Origin: Anaerolineae bacterium
GTDB lineage: Bacteria > Chloroflexota > Anaerolineae > Aggregatilineales > JAFGMM01
Reading direction: 5' to 3'
NCBI GenBank assembly: GCA_016927535.1
Contig: JAFGMM010000090.1
Coordinates: 118-64,117, forward strand
Length of the DNA: 64,000 bases
The stretch's first letter is position 1. Each line of letters starts with the position of its first letter. Both the position numbers and the translations under genes were made by a program. Shown here in pieces: positions 54,902 to 64,000 of the stretch. Below the pieces are notes generated by a model. That model was not told the origin of the DNA and made no database searches. It worked only from the letters and a program-made list of their open reading frames with translations.

Positions 54902-55972
54902 GTGAGCTTCGACAATTTAGAACACATGAAAAGCATCGACCCGGCGGGCATGATCGACCACATCAACGCCATGCCCGGCCACATCGAAACGACCTGGGCG
55001 CGCGCGCAGACCCTCCCCCTGCCCGATTCGTTCGCATCGGTCGAGCGGATCGTGATCTGTGGGATGGGCGGCTCGGCCATCGGCGGCGAGCTGGCGGCTG
55101 CCGCCATCGAGGATACCTGCCCGGTGCCCATCACCGTCAACCGCGATTACGATCTGCCCGCCTACGCGCAGGATGCAAAGACGCTGGTCATCGCGTGCTC
55201 GCACAGCGGCGGCACCGAAGAGACCCGCGCCGCCTTCGCGCAGGCCGGCGCACGCGGCGCGCAGCGCATGGTGATCTGCACGGGCGGCGCATTGCTGGCC
55301 GACGCCGAGGCCGCCGGCGTCACGGTATGGACTTACGACTTCAAAGGGCAGCCGCGCGCCGCGCTGGGCTTCAGCCTCACGCTGCTGCTGGCGCTGTTGA
55401 GCCGCCTGGGTTACGTGGAAGAAATGGCCGGGCCGGTCGGCGAGGCCGTGGCGCTGATGCGCGAGCAGGTTACTGCCTTCCGCGCCGAGACTCATAGCGA
55501 AACCAACCCCGCCAAGCAAATCGCTGCACGGCAGGTCGGGCGCATCCCGGTCGTCTACGGTGCGGGCATGATGGCCCCGGTCGCGCGCCGCTGGATGACT
55601 CAGTTTAACGAGAACAGCAAACATTGGGCCGCCTTCGCGGTGATGCCGGAGCTAAACCACAACGCCGTGGTGGGCATCGACCATCCCGATAGCCTGTCGG
55701 AGAAAGTGAGCGTGGTCATGCTGCGTAGCACCTACGACTCGGTGCGCATCATCCAGCGCTTCAGTGAGACCCAACGCCTGCTCGACACGCGCGCCGGCAT
55801 CAAGTCGGAGGTCGTATCGGGCCGGGGCGACAGCCGGCTGGCGCAGATGCTCACCGTGCTCCAGTGCGGCGACTACGTAAGCTACTACCTGGCGATTGCC
55901 AACCGCGCCGACCCGACGCCGGTCGAAGCCATCGCCATGCTCAAAGAGCGCTTGGGCAAGCTGGAAGGATAA
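54902..55972 (+). CDS. Bifunctional phosphoglucose/phosphomannose isomerase
   Basis: GMGGSAIGG, SHSGGTEE, QPRAA, QFNENSK, PELNHN, DPTPV. Confidence 0.93.
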   Translation: MSFDNLEHMKSIDPAGMIDHINAMPGHIETTWARAQTLPLPDSFASVERIVICGMGGSAIGGELAAAAIEDTCPVPITVNRDYDLPAYAQDAKTLVIACSHSGGTEETRAAFAQAGARGAQRMVICTGGALLADAEAAGVTVWTYDFKGQPRAALGFSLTLLLALLSRLGYVEEMAGPVGEAVALMREQVTAFRAETHSETNPAKQIAARQVGRIPVVYGAGMMAPVARRWMTQFNENSKHWAAFAVMPELNHNAVVGIDHPDSLSEKVSVVMLRSTYDSVRIIQRFSETQRLLDTRAGIKSEVVSGRGDSRLAQMLTVLQCGDYVSYYLAIANRADPTPVEAIAMLKERLGKLEG

Positions 55973-56011
55973 GGGCCAAGGACCCGGCCCGCGCCGCAAA
56001 AGAGTGAAAAT

Positions 56012-56078
56012 GATTTCACCACGGAGTCCACGGAGAATGCCTTTTCCCTCCGTGTTCTCTGGGTCTCCGTGGTTAATC
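56012..56078. repeat. ACCACGGAG/CTCCGTGGT palindromic element between convergent genes
   Basis: ACCACGGAGTCCACGGAG...CTCCGTGTTCTCTGGGTCTCCGTGGT. Confidence 0.65.
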
Positions 56079-56082
56079 CAAC

Positions 56083-56283
56083 TTACTTCGCGTCCTGCAT
56101 CAGCCCGTGGATGAGCGCCATAAACTCCTGCCACTCATCCTCGAAGAAATGCAGCGTCACCCGGCCTAACTCCAGGTGATAGGTCACCTCGCCGTCCGGC
56201 TCGTGCGAACGCCATGCCATGTAATTTTCGGTCTCCGCCAGTGTTTCGGTCTCGATGTTTTCCAGGTCATCCGAATCGGCCAT
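56083..56283 (-). CDS. Small acidic hypothetical protein
   Basis: 66 aa with strong RBS AAGGAGG; TLAETENY and TLHFF.DEW.EF. Confidence 0.75.
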   Translation of the reverse strand: MADSDDLENIETETLAETENYMAWRSHEPDGEVTYHLELGRVTLHFFEDEWQEFMALIHGLMQDAK

Positions 56284-56330
56284 TTTCCCCTCCTTGTCGG
56301 TAGTCCCCGTGTAAAGACTGCAAAGTCAAT

Positions 56331-56458
56331 GCTGATGCTTTGAATGTTGACCTCCCCCCCGCCGCGCTGCGCGCATCCTCCCCCCTCTCCACGGCGTGGC
56401 GAGGGGGACAGAGGGGGGTGAGGTTCAGGCAGCAAGAGTCCATATTCAAAGCATCAGC
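56331..56458. mobile_element. MITE/REPIN-like element: 21-bp terminal inverted repeats enclosing a REP-like palindrome
   Basis: GCTGATGCTTTGAATGTTGAC (56331-56351) versus the reverse complement of 56438-56458 (19/21); interior resembles 5443-5552. Confidence 0.55.
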
Positions 56459-56473
56459 CTCGTTCTTGCAGAC

Positions 56474-57391
56474 CTACCCGCGCTCATCCAGCGCATAGAG
56501 CCAAGCTTCTTGCTCCCAGGCGCGCCGGTAGCCGGCCTGCTCCAATGCAACAAAGTGCTCCGGCACCACCAGCGGCTTCATCGTCACTTTCGACACGCCC
56601 ATCTCGCCCGCCACCGCCCGGAGCGCCTGCGCTGCAACGGCCAGGCTGCCCTCGGTCACATCGAAATAAGCCACGCGCAGCCGCGGATTGCCCGCGCGGT
56701 CCGTATCTGGCTCGCATACCATCACCACACCACCAAGCGCATCGGCGTCCGCGCGCGGGTCGCCGAACCAGCCATAGACCCGGCCCGCCTCCAACTCGGT
56801 GACCAGCCGTGTCTCGGTTAGCAAATACCACGTCCAGCCCACGGCGTAAGAGCGCGCGTTCGCTTCGAAGTACGGCGACGCACTCAGGTAATCCCATATG
56901 CGCGGCGCATCGCCCGGCGTCAGCGCGCGGAACTCCTCGGCGAAGAGCGGCTGCGGCCTGGCCTCGTAAGGCGCAAACGCGGCCTGCCGCTTAAACCCCT
57001 GCGCCGACGCCATCCGGTGCACGGCTACATTGCTCGAGGCCGTAGCCCAGCGTCCCAGCCCGCCGCCCAACGCCCGGAAGCGCGCCAGCAGATGATCCGA
57101 CATGGCGCGCGCCACGCCGCGCCGCTGGTGCGCTGGGTCCACCCGCAGCCCTTCGAACCACCACTCGTCCGGTCCCAACCGGGTCAGTTTGGAGAAACCC
57201 ACCACCTGCCCACCGACCACCGCGACCACGAGCGCGCCTTCTGGGTCGGCCAACCACCGCTCCCACACATGAGGGATGTAATCATCCTCCCATATCCGCA
57301 GGGTAAGTGCCCGCGCCGGCTCAAAATCCTCGGCGCGCGCCGGGCGCACCTGTATCCCCTGCGATAGCTGCGCCTGGGTACTCGAACTCAC
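56474..57391 (-). CDS. GNAT family N-acetyltransferase
   Basis: VRPARAED, DYIPHVW, EGLRVDPAHQRRGVA. Start set to the GTG after the pnp terminator. Confidence 0.85.
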   Translation of the reverse strand: MSSSTQAQLSQGIQVRPARAEDFEPARALTLRIWEDDYIPHVWERWLADPEGALVVAVVGGQVVGFSKLTRLGPDEWWFEGLRVDPAHQRRGVARAMSDHLLARFRALGGGLGRWATASSNVAVHRMASAQGFKRQAAFAPYEARPQPLFAEEFRALTPGDAPRIWDYLSASPYFEANARSYAVGWTWYLLTETRLVTELEAGRVYGWFGDPRADADALGGVVMVCEPDTDRAGNPRLRVAYFDVTEGSLAVAAQALRAVAGEMGVSKVTMKPLVVPEHFVALEQAGYRRAWEQEAWLYALDERG

Positions 57392-57409
57392 ACCATTACC
57401 TTCCCGCTG

Positions 57410-57441
57410 AAAAAGGGCGCCTCCCCGTCGGAAACGCCCTT
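57410..57441 (-). terminator. Intrinsic terminator after pnp
   Basis: Minus strand AAGGGCG...CGCCCTTTTT. Confidence 0.75.
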
Positions 57442-57488
57442 GCCATTTCATACCGTTCAGGTCTTATAGATTGAGATTGACCTGCAAG

Positions 57489-59708
57489 CTAGCGCCGACG
57501 CCGGCGGTCGCCGCTCCCGCTGCTCCCGCCGCGACGACTACTGCCGCCTCCGCCGCGACGACCGCCGCTCCCGCCGCCGGGCCGGTCGTACTCGCGCGCT
57601 TCCTCCGCCGACCAGCCCTCCAGCACCGCGCGCCGGCTCAGGCGGACCTTGTTCGTCACCGGGTCGACATCGGTCACCATCACCATGATTTCGTCGCCCA
57701 TTCGCACCTCGTCCTCTACCTTGGCGATATGGCGGTCGGACAACTGCGAGATGTGCACCATCCCATCCTGGCCGGGCAGGAACTCGACGAAGCAGCCGTA
57801 AGGCTCGACGCGGACCACCGTGCCGGTATAGATGCGGCCAATCTCCGCATCCTCGGTAAGCAAGCGAATCTGCTCCACCGCCTTATCCGCCGCAGTCCCG
57901 TCCGCCGCCGCGACGAAGATTGTGCCGTCTTCCTCGATGTCGATCTTGGCGCCGGTCTCATCTTGGATACCGCGAATCGTCTTCCCGCCGGGGCCGATCA
58001 CCGTGCCGATCTTATCGGGGTCGATGTGGATGATGGTCATGCGCGGCGCGAAGATGCTCATCTGCTGGCGCGGTTCGGGGATGGTCGACGTCATCACGTC
58101 GAGAATCTGCATCCGCGCCGCCCGTGCCTGCTCCAGCGCCCGCTTCATCACGTCGGTCGAGATGCCGGCAACCTTCAGGTCCATCTGGAGCGCCGTGATC
58201 CCGTCGCGGGTTCCGGCGACCTTGAAGTCCATATCGCCCAGGTGATCCTCCATCCCCTGGATATCGGTCAGCACGGCGTACTTCTGGCCGTCGGTAATCA
58301 AGCCCATCGCAATACCGCCCACGGGCCGTTTGATCGGCACGCCGGCATCCATCAGCGCCAGGGTGCTGCCGCACACACTCGCCATCGAAGTCGAGCCATT
58401 GGATGAGAGCACCTCGCTCACCACACGAATCGTATACGGGAACTCGTCCTCGTCCGGGATCATGGGCTGGAGCGCGTTTTCGGCCAGCGCGCCGTGTCCG
58501 ATCTCGCGGCGGCCCGGCCCACGGATCGGCTTGGTCTCGCCGGTGCTGAAGGGCGGGAAGTTGTAATGGTGCATATAGCGCTTGGAGGTCAGCGGGTCCA
58601 GGCCGTCCAACTCGCGCGCATCGCGCGGCGTGCCCAGCGTCGCCAACGAGAGCACCTGCGTCTCGCCGCGCTGGAACAAACCGCTGCCATGCGTGCGCGG
58701 GATCATGCCCACCGTCGCCGCCAGCGGCCGGATGGTGGTATAGTCGCGCCCGTCCGGGCGGATACCTTCGTCCAGGATGCGACGGCGCACCGTCTCCTTC
58801 AACACCTTTTGCACGGTCTCGCGGATCAACACCGGGTCAGCGGTTTCGCCTTCGGCGTACTCGGCCAGCACCTCGGTCTGCAAGGCATCGACCGCGCGGT
58901 TCAGCTCGTGGCGGTCGATGTGATCGCGCACCATCTGCCGGATCGGGTCGGCGACGCGCGTCTTCACCGCATCCACCAGCGCCTCATTCATCTCCGGCGG
59001 CGCGATGACCAGCTTTTCCTTACCGACCGCCTCGCGCATTTGCAGTTGCAAATCAATGAGCGGCTGGATCGTTTCGTGCGCAAAGACCAGCGCATCCACC
59101 ATCACCGTCTCATCGACCTCGTTCGCGCCGCACTCCACCATGATGAGCGCGTCCCGCGTCCCGGCGACCTTCAAATCGAGCACGCTGCTCTCCATCTCCG
59201 AGAAGGTCGGGTTGACGATGAACTTGCCGTCGATCATCCCGACCCGCACCGCCGCGACCGGTCCGCCCCACGGGATATCCGATATCGTCAGCGCCGCGCT
59301 GGCGCCGATGATCGACAGGATATCGGTGGGATGCTCCTGGTCGTGTGAAAGCGGCAAGATGACAATCTGCACCTCTTGACGGATGTGATCCTCGAACAGC
59401 GGGCGCAACGGGCGGTCGGTGAGCCGGGAGATCAAAATGCTCTCTGCACTGCTCCTACCCTCGCGCCGAAAGAAGCTGCCGGGGATACGGCCCGCCGCAT
59501 ACATGCGTTCCTCGTAGTCCACCACCAGTGGAAAGAAGTCAATGCCTTCGCGCGGCTCCTGCGACATGGTGGCCGTGACCAGGATCATAGTGTCGCCGGT
59601 GCGCAGAGTCACCGCTGCATTCGCCTGCATCGCCAGGCGACCAGTCTCGACGACCAGTTCGTCCCTGCCGAACTGGGTCTTAAAAGTATGTGATTCGTTA
59701 AATGCCAT
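57489..59708 (-). CDS. pnp: Polyribonucleotide nucleotidyltransferase
   Basis: DFFPL, RLTDRPLRPLF, RREIGHG, SNGSTSMAS, GDMDFKVAGT, KH and S1 domains. Confidence 0.98.
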   Translation of the reverse strand: MAFNESHTFKTQFGRDELVVETGRLAMQANAAVTLRTGDTMILVTATMSQEPREGIDFFPLVVDYEERMYAAGRIPGSFFRREGRSSAESILISRLTDRPLRPLFEDHIRQEVQIVILPLSHDQEHPTDILSIIGASAALTISDIPWGGPVAAVRVGMIDGKFIVNPTFSEMESSVLDLKVAGTRDALIMVECGANEVDETVMVDALVFAHETIQPLIDLQLQMREAVGKEKLVIAPPEMNEALVDAVKTRVADPIRQMVRDHIDRHELNRAVDALQTEVLAEYAEGETADPVLIRETVQKVLKETVRRRILDEGIRPDGRDYTTIRPLAATVGMIPRTHGSGLFQRGETQVLSLATLGTPRDARELDGLDPLTSKRYMHHYNFPPFSTGETKPIRGPGRREIGHGALAENALQPMIPDEDEFPYTIRVVSEVLSSNGSTSMASVCGSTLALMDAGVPIKRPVGGIAMGLITDGQKYAVLTDIQGMEDHLGDMDFKVAGTRDGITALQMDLKVAGISTDVMKRALEQARAARMQILDVMTSTIPEPRQQMSIFAPRMTIIHIDPDKIGTVIGPGGKTIRGIQDETGAKIDIEEDGTIFVAAADGTAADKAVEQIRLLTEDAEIGRIYTGTVVRVEPYGCFVEFLPGQDGMVHISQLSDRHIAKVEDEVRMGDEIMVMVTDVDPVTNKVRLSRRAVLEGWSAEEAREYDRPGGGSGGRRGGGGSSRRGGSSGSGDRRRRR

Positions 59709-59757
59709 TCTAAGTCTTACCTCCAGTAAGTGTATGTATAACGATACGCCCGGAGGT

Positions 59758-59816
59758 CAGGGACTGGAAACCGTTTCGGATTATGTCGAAAAATCCGCCC
59801 CGCTTTCCAATTCCTG
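59758..59816 (-). promoter_or_regulatory. Long hairpin in the rpsO-pnp spacer (candidate RNase III site)
   Basis: CAGGGACTGGAAA/TTTCCAATTCCTG outer stem and CGGATT/AATCCG inner stem. Confidence 0.55.
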
Positions 59817-59881
59817 CGCTCCAGGCGTGCAATCCACACAAGGCGCGGCCTGTCCGGCAAGCCGCGCACGCTTCCTCACAA

Positions 59882-60151
59882 CTACCGCCGCAGTCCCAGG
59901 CGCTTAATCAAGCGTTGGTAAGCCTCGGGGTCCTTTCGATTCAAGTATGTCAGGTGTCGCCGGCGCTTGCCGACCATTTTCAACAACCCCACGCGCGAGT
60001 GTTCGTCGTGTTTGTGAACCTTCAAATGCTCGGTCAACTGTACAATCTGTGTCGTCAGGATCGCGACCTGCACTTCCGGGGAACCGGTATCCTTATCGTG
60101 TCTACCAAATTCCTTGACTATTTTCTCTTTCTCATCATTTGTCAGCGCCAT
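59882..60151 (-). CDS. rpsO: 30S ribosomal protein S15
   Basis: [29 protein letters not shown]. Confidence 0.98.
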   Translation of the reverse strand: MALTNDEKEKIVKEFGRHDKDTGSPEVQVAILTTQIVQLTEHLKVHKHDEHSRVGLLKMVGKRRRHLTYLNRKDPEAYQRLIKRLGLRR

Positions 60152-60233
60152 TTTAAGTTTTTAGCCTCTTTTTCTAAGATGTCACCAAGCAGGCTGACGC
60201 AGCCCACCGGTCAGTAAACCAAAAGCTATTATA
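60152..60233 (-). promoter_or_regulatory. rpsO promoter (-10 TATAAT at 60233-60228) and structured leader
   Basis: Minus strand hairpin ACCGGTGGGCTG-cgt-CAGCCTGCTTGGT in the 5' UTR. Confidence 0.55.
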
Positions 60234-60275
60234 CCGAAAACGGCGCCGCTTGACGAATCGCTTTCACTTTTGCGT

Positions 60276-61292
60276 TCACGAAGCGGCCACGTCGATCTGC
60301 ACCTTCATGCGCTTCGGGTCGCGCTCCGCCAGCTCTAATGCCTCGACAAAGCGATCTAAGGGCAGCCGGTGCGAGATCAGCGGCTCGACGCGCACCGCGC
60401 CGCCCTGGATCAATGCGATGCTTTCGTGAAAGGTACGGCTGACCGCGAAGCTGCCGATGATGCTTAAATCTTTGCGGAAAACGTCGTAGGGCACGAAGGT
60501 CGCGCGGGCGTCGCGCGGGCAGACGCCGAACACCCAGATCTTGCCCCGTGGCCGGGCAAAGTCGAAGGTCTGCTCCAGCACTTCGGGGATGCCGGTCGCA
60601 TCCACGACGACATCATACCCGGCCGGCGCCAGCGCCTTGATCTGCTTCGCCTGCCCGTCGCCGGCCAGGACGGTCGTGGTCGCGCCCAGTTCGGCAGCGC
60701 GCGCCAAGCGCCACGGCGCGACGTCGGTCACGACCACGTGCGCCGCGCCGGCGCACCGCACCGCCTGGAGCAGCAGACAGCCCATCGGCCCGGCGCCGAA
60801 GATCAGCGCCGAATCGCCGGGCTGAATCTGCACCCGCTTGATGCCCCACATCACACATGCCAGCGGCTCCACCAGCGCGGCGGCAGCAAAGCTCATATCG
60901 CCTATCGGGAAGACGCTGCCCTCCGGCGCGACGACGTACTGCGCAAACGCCCCATCGCGCGTCACACCAATCGCCGCCAAGCTTTCGCACTGGTTCGGCT
61001 CGCCGCGCTGGCAGGCCGGGCAACGGTTGCAGGGAATATTCGGGTCGGCGGTTACGCGGTCGCCAGGCCGGTAGCGCTCCACATCCGCGCCGACCGCCGC
61101 CACCGTACCGCTGAACTCGTGGCCGGGGATGATCGGGTATGTCGCCTCATATTCGCCGTGATAGATGTGCAAATCGGTGCCGCAAATGCCGGCCGCCGCC
61201 ACCTCGATGAGCACTTCGCCGGGGCCGGGCGTCGGCTCCGGCGCTTCGACAATCCGCGCCTCGTCCGGCGCCTGAATCTGTGCCGCTTTCAT
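60276..61292 (-). CDS. Zinc-dependent alcohol/polyol dehydrogenase
   Basis: GICGTD, GHE, C..C..C.......C, GAGPMG. Start set at MKAAQI. Confidence 0.92.
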   Translation of the reverse strand: MKAAQIQAPDEARIVEAPEPTPGPGEVLIEVAAAGICGTDLHIYHGEYEATYPIIPGHEFSGTVAAVGADVERYRPGDRVTADPNIPCNRCPACQRGEPNQCESLAAIGVTRDGAFAQYVVAPEGSVFPIGDMSFAAAALVEPLACVMWGIKRVQIQPGDSALIFGAGPMGCLLLQAVRCAGAAHVVVTDVAPWRLARAAELGATTTVLAGDGQAKQIKALAPAGYDVVVDATGIPEVLEQTFDFARPRGKIWVFGVCPRDARATFVPYDVFRKDLSIIGSFAVSRTFHESIALIQGGAVRVEPLISHRLPLDRFVEALELAERDPKRMKVQIDVAAS

Positions 61293-61311
61293 AAAAAATG
61301 CTCCTTCCTTT

Positions 61312-62388
61312 TCATCTGATGAGCGCCTCCTCCAACGCCGCGCAGATGCGCGCGCCGACGCCGGGCGCGCCGTAGAAATCGGGGTGCTCGGCGGGCGGGG
61401 CAGCGCGCGCCGCCGCGACCGCCGCCCGGAACGACGCCGGGTCAGGCTCGCACAGGCGGTTCCAGCCCGCCTCCACGGTCTCGACCCACTCGGTCGAATC
61501 GCGCACCGTGACCGTGGGACGCCGCAGGATATATGCCTCTTTCTGCAAGCCGCCGCTGTCCGTGATGACGATCTCGCAGCCATCCAGCAGCACCACCATG
61601 TCTAGAAAACTGGCCGGTGGGATAGTGCGCACGTTCTCGCCGAAGTCCAGACCAAAGGTGTTGAGCATCTTGCCCAGGCGCGGGTGCACCGGCAGAACGA
61701 CCGGCAGCTCCAGCGCGCTCAGCGTCTCGACGATGGCGCGCAGCCGGCCCACAGCGTCGGTGTTCGACGGGCGGTGAATCGTCGCCAGCGCGAAGGCTTC
61801 GCCGCGTGCGAGCCGGGTCGCCTGTAGGACTTGGTCGAACCGCCCGCGCACCCGCTCCACCAAGCCGGTCAGCACATCCACGCGCACGTCGCCCACCATG
61901 CGCACGCCCTCGACGATGCCCTCACGCTTTAGGTTCGCCACCGCCGCTTGAGTGGGCGCAAACAGCAGGTCGCTGATGTGGTCGGTGATGACGCGGTTGA
62001 TCTCCTCCGGCATGGCGCGGTCGAAGCTGCGCAGCCCGGCCTCCACGTGCGCGACCGGAATGTGCAGCTTGGCGGCAGTGAGACCGGCGGCAATCGTCGA
62101 GTTGGTGTCGCCATAGACCAGCACCCAATCCGGCTCCTCGTCCAGAATCACCCTCTCCAGTTCGATCATGATCTGGCCGGTCTGCCGGGCGTGGCTGCCG
62201 CTGCCTACGCCGAGATTGTATTCCGGCTCCGGGAGGTCAAGTTCAGCAAAGAACACATCGGACATATTGTGATCGTAGTGCTGGCCGGTATGGACCAAGA
62301 TTTCGGTCTGGCGCGCGCGTATGGCCTTGCTGACCGGCGCGGTCTGGATGAATTCGGGGCGCGTCCCGACGACGGTAATTACCTTCAT
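61312..62388 (-). CDS. wecB: UDP-N-acetylglucosamine 2-epimerase (non-hydrolysing)
   Basis: GTRPEFI, HTGQHY, GDTNST, HVEAGLRS, PEEINR, TDSGGLQKEA. Confidence 0.95.
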   Translation of the reverse strand: MKVITVVGTRPEFIQTAPVSKAIRARQTEILVHTGQHYDHNMSDVFFAELDLPEPEYNLGVGSGSHARQTGQIMIELERVILDEEPDWVLVYGDTNSTIAAGLTAAKLHIPVAHVEAGLRSFDRAMPEEINRVITDHISDLLFAPTQAAVANLKREGIVEGVRMVGDVRVDVLTGLVERVRGRFDQVLQATRLARGEAFALATIHRPSNTDAVGRLRAIVETLSALELPVVLPVHPRLGKMLNTFGLDFGENVRTIPPASFLDMVVLLDGCEIVITDSGGLQKEAYILRRPTVTVRDSTEWVETVEAGWNRLCEPDPASFRAAVAAARAAPPAEHPDFYGAPGVGARICAALEEALIR

Positions 62389-62393
62389 AGCTA

Positions 62394-63398
62394 TTATTCT
62401 ATCTCCCGGTTAATAATCCTCACCTCGCTGCCGGAGCACACAAAGTCCAGCGCCACGCGCAGCGTTTCCAGGCCATCGCGCCCGGTGACGGTGGGCGGGC
62501 GCTGGTCGCGCACGGCCTCCACGAAGTCCCGCAGTTGGGCAGCCAGCGGCTCGTAGCGTTCGATGCGGATGCCGAGCGTGTTGCCCTCGGTCACACCGCG
62601 CAAGACGCTTAAGGCGTCCCACTGGCTGGGCGCGGTTTCGTTCTCGTAAAACCATAACTCCTGCGAGAGCAGGTCGCAGACGAACATGCCGCGCGTCCCG
62701 GTCACGGTCAGGCGGCGGACTTTGGTCGGCGTGATCCAGTTCACATCCAGCACACCTACCACGCCGCTTTGGAAGCGCAGCAGGCCGTTGAACATATCCT
62801 CGCGGTCTGAGTTGATGCTTTGCTGCGTCTCGCCGTACAGCCGCACGATCTCCTCGTTCATCAGGTAGCGGAACAGGTCGATATCGTGGGTCGCCAGGTC
62901 GAGCACGACGCCGGCATCACGGATGCGCGCCGGATACGGGCTGAGCCGCTGGGCGTGCAGGCGGTAGATGCGCCCGGCCATCCCCTCGCGCAGCCGGCGA
63001 TGCAGCTCGCGCACGGCGGGATTGAAGCGCTCGATGTGCCCCACCGCCAGCAGAACCTTGTGCCGGTCGGCAAGCTCGATCAACCGCCGGCCTTCATCCA
63101 GGGTAAGAGCGAGCGGCTTTTCGATGAGCACATGGACGCCGCGCTCGATGAGCGCCGCGCCGACCTCACAATGAAAGTTGGTCGGCACGGCAAGCGATAC
63201 CAGGTCGGGCCGGCATTCCTCCAGCATTTGGAGGTAATCCTCGTAGTAGGGGACGCCGAAAGTCGTGCCGATTTTCGCGGCGGCCTGCGGGTTCTTGTCC
63301 GCAATACCGACCAGCTCAACGCTGTCGCCGATTTCCCGGTAGACACGAACATGGTTGCGGCCCATGCTGCCTACCCCGATCACTGCTGCCTTTAACAT
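62394..63398 (-). CDS. Gfo/Idh/MocA oxidoreductase (WlbA/WbpB-like nucleotide-sugar dehydrogenase)
   Basis: GVGSMGRNH, EKP, GHIERFNPA, DLATHDID. Confidence 0.9.
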   Translation of the reverse strand: MLKAAVIGVGSMGRNHVRVYREIGDSVELVGIADKNPQAAAKIGTTFGVPYYEDYLQMLEECRPDLVSLAVPTNFHCEVGAALIERGVHVLIEKPLALTLDEGRRLIELADRHKVLLAVGHIERFNPAVRELHRRLREGMAGRIYRLHAQRLSPYPARIRDAGVVLDLATHDIDLFRYLMNEEIVRLYGETQQSINSDREDMFNGLLRFQSGVVGVLDVNWITPTKVRRLTVTGTRGMFVCDLLSQELWFYENETAPSQWDALSVLRGVTEGNTLGIRIERYEPLAAQLRDFVEAVRDQRPPTVTGRDGLETLRVALDFVCSGSEVRIINREIE

Positions 63399-63694
63399 GC
63401 GATCTCTCCTCAATTGTGTATAGTGTATAGTTTAGATGGTGAGCCGTTTAAACCTTTCAGGATTCATGAGACTGCCGAACAATGCAGCCCTGAAGACCCT
63501 CTTAATGAATACCTGATAGACCGGTTAAAAATATAGCTCACTAAGCGTTCTTACAATCTATCAAAGGAGTTTACTGCAAAAATTTGCCAATTTCCAAAAG
63601 CACGCTAAAGTAAATATTGAGAGTAACTGTTCCATTTGGTATACCAGTCCATGCTTACCCACAGTGCCAGCCGTTGCAGATTTGGATGAAGCAA

Positions 63695-64000
63695 ATGCGA
63701 GTCTCTCTGATCATCCCCGCGTACAATGAATCCGAAGGCGTCTCACAAACTACCCAAGCACTGGCGCCGGTCCTGGCAAGACTACGCGAGCGCTACGAAA
63801 CCGAAATCGTCTTCGTGGACGACGGCAGCACCGACACCACGGCCCGCCAACTGGAGGAGGTCTACCGGGATGACGCTGGCGTGCGCATCGTCCCGCACGG
63901 CGTCAATCGCGGGCTGGGCGCAGCGCTGCGCACCGGCTTCGCGCATGCCGGCGGCGATATCGTCGTTACGACCGACTTCGACGGCACCTACGCCTTCAGC
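63695..64000 (+). CDS. Glycosyltransferase family 2 (partial, runs off the window)
   Basis: MRVSLIIPAYNE, VDDGSTD, NRGLGAALRTG, TTDFD. Confidence 0.9.
   Translation, partial: MRVSLIIPAYNESEGVSQTTQALAPVLARLRERYETEIVFVDDGSTDTTARQLEEVYRDDAGVRIVPHGVNRGLGAALRTGFAHAGGDIVVTTDFDGTYAFS

Noticed and set aside
63414-63694. AT-rich stretch as a possible foreign insert or ncRNA
   Set aside because: It is adequately explained as a divergent promoter region between polysaccharide genes, and no structure or ORF is supported.

Overview
High-GC bacterial chromosome segment, most consistent with Chloroflexota/Anaerolineae (inferred from Pro/Thr-linker membrane proteins, YFPxTGH-repeat and SH3b secreted proteins, a tandem solute-binding protein, and archaeal-type ApgM and PGI/PMI). 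Housekeeping content includes mtnA, murQ, apgM, acpP, fni, a polyprenyl synthase, pcrA, pnp, rpsO, wecB and tmRNA (tag ANHAQPKLALAA). Most notable: (1) beside the tmRNA, an 808-aa divergent HxxxDG condensation/acyltransferase-fold protein, then a rod-like structured spacer, then a membrane receptor with two intact Ser/Thr kinase domains; (2) a secreted-protein array in which a 111-bp upstream+signal-peptide block is duplicated and fused to an AT-rich passenger gene; (3) a 740-aa fusion of an alpha/alpha-toroid-like region and an APH/TCAD9-like kinase; (4) a PBP-TPR-kinase/TPR/SH3b cluster; (5) a disulfide-reductase homologue lacking both redox cysteines. There are also several eroded selfish modules (R-M, PIN toxin-antitoxin) and REP/MITE-like palindromes. 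No CRISPR array, rRNA, tRNA, integrase or transposase was seen. All calls come from reading motifs by eye; no database searches were run.
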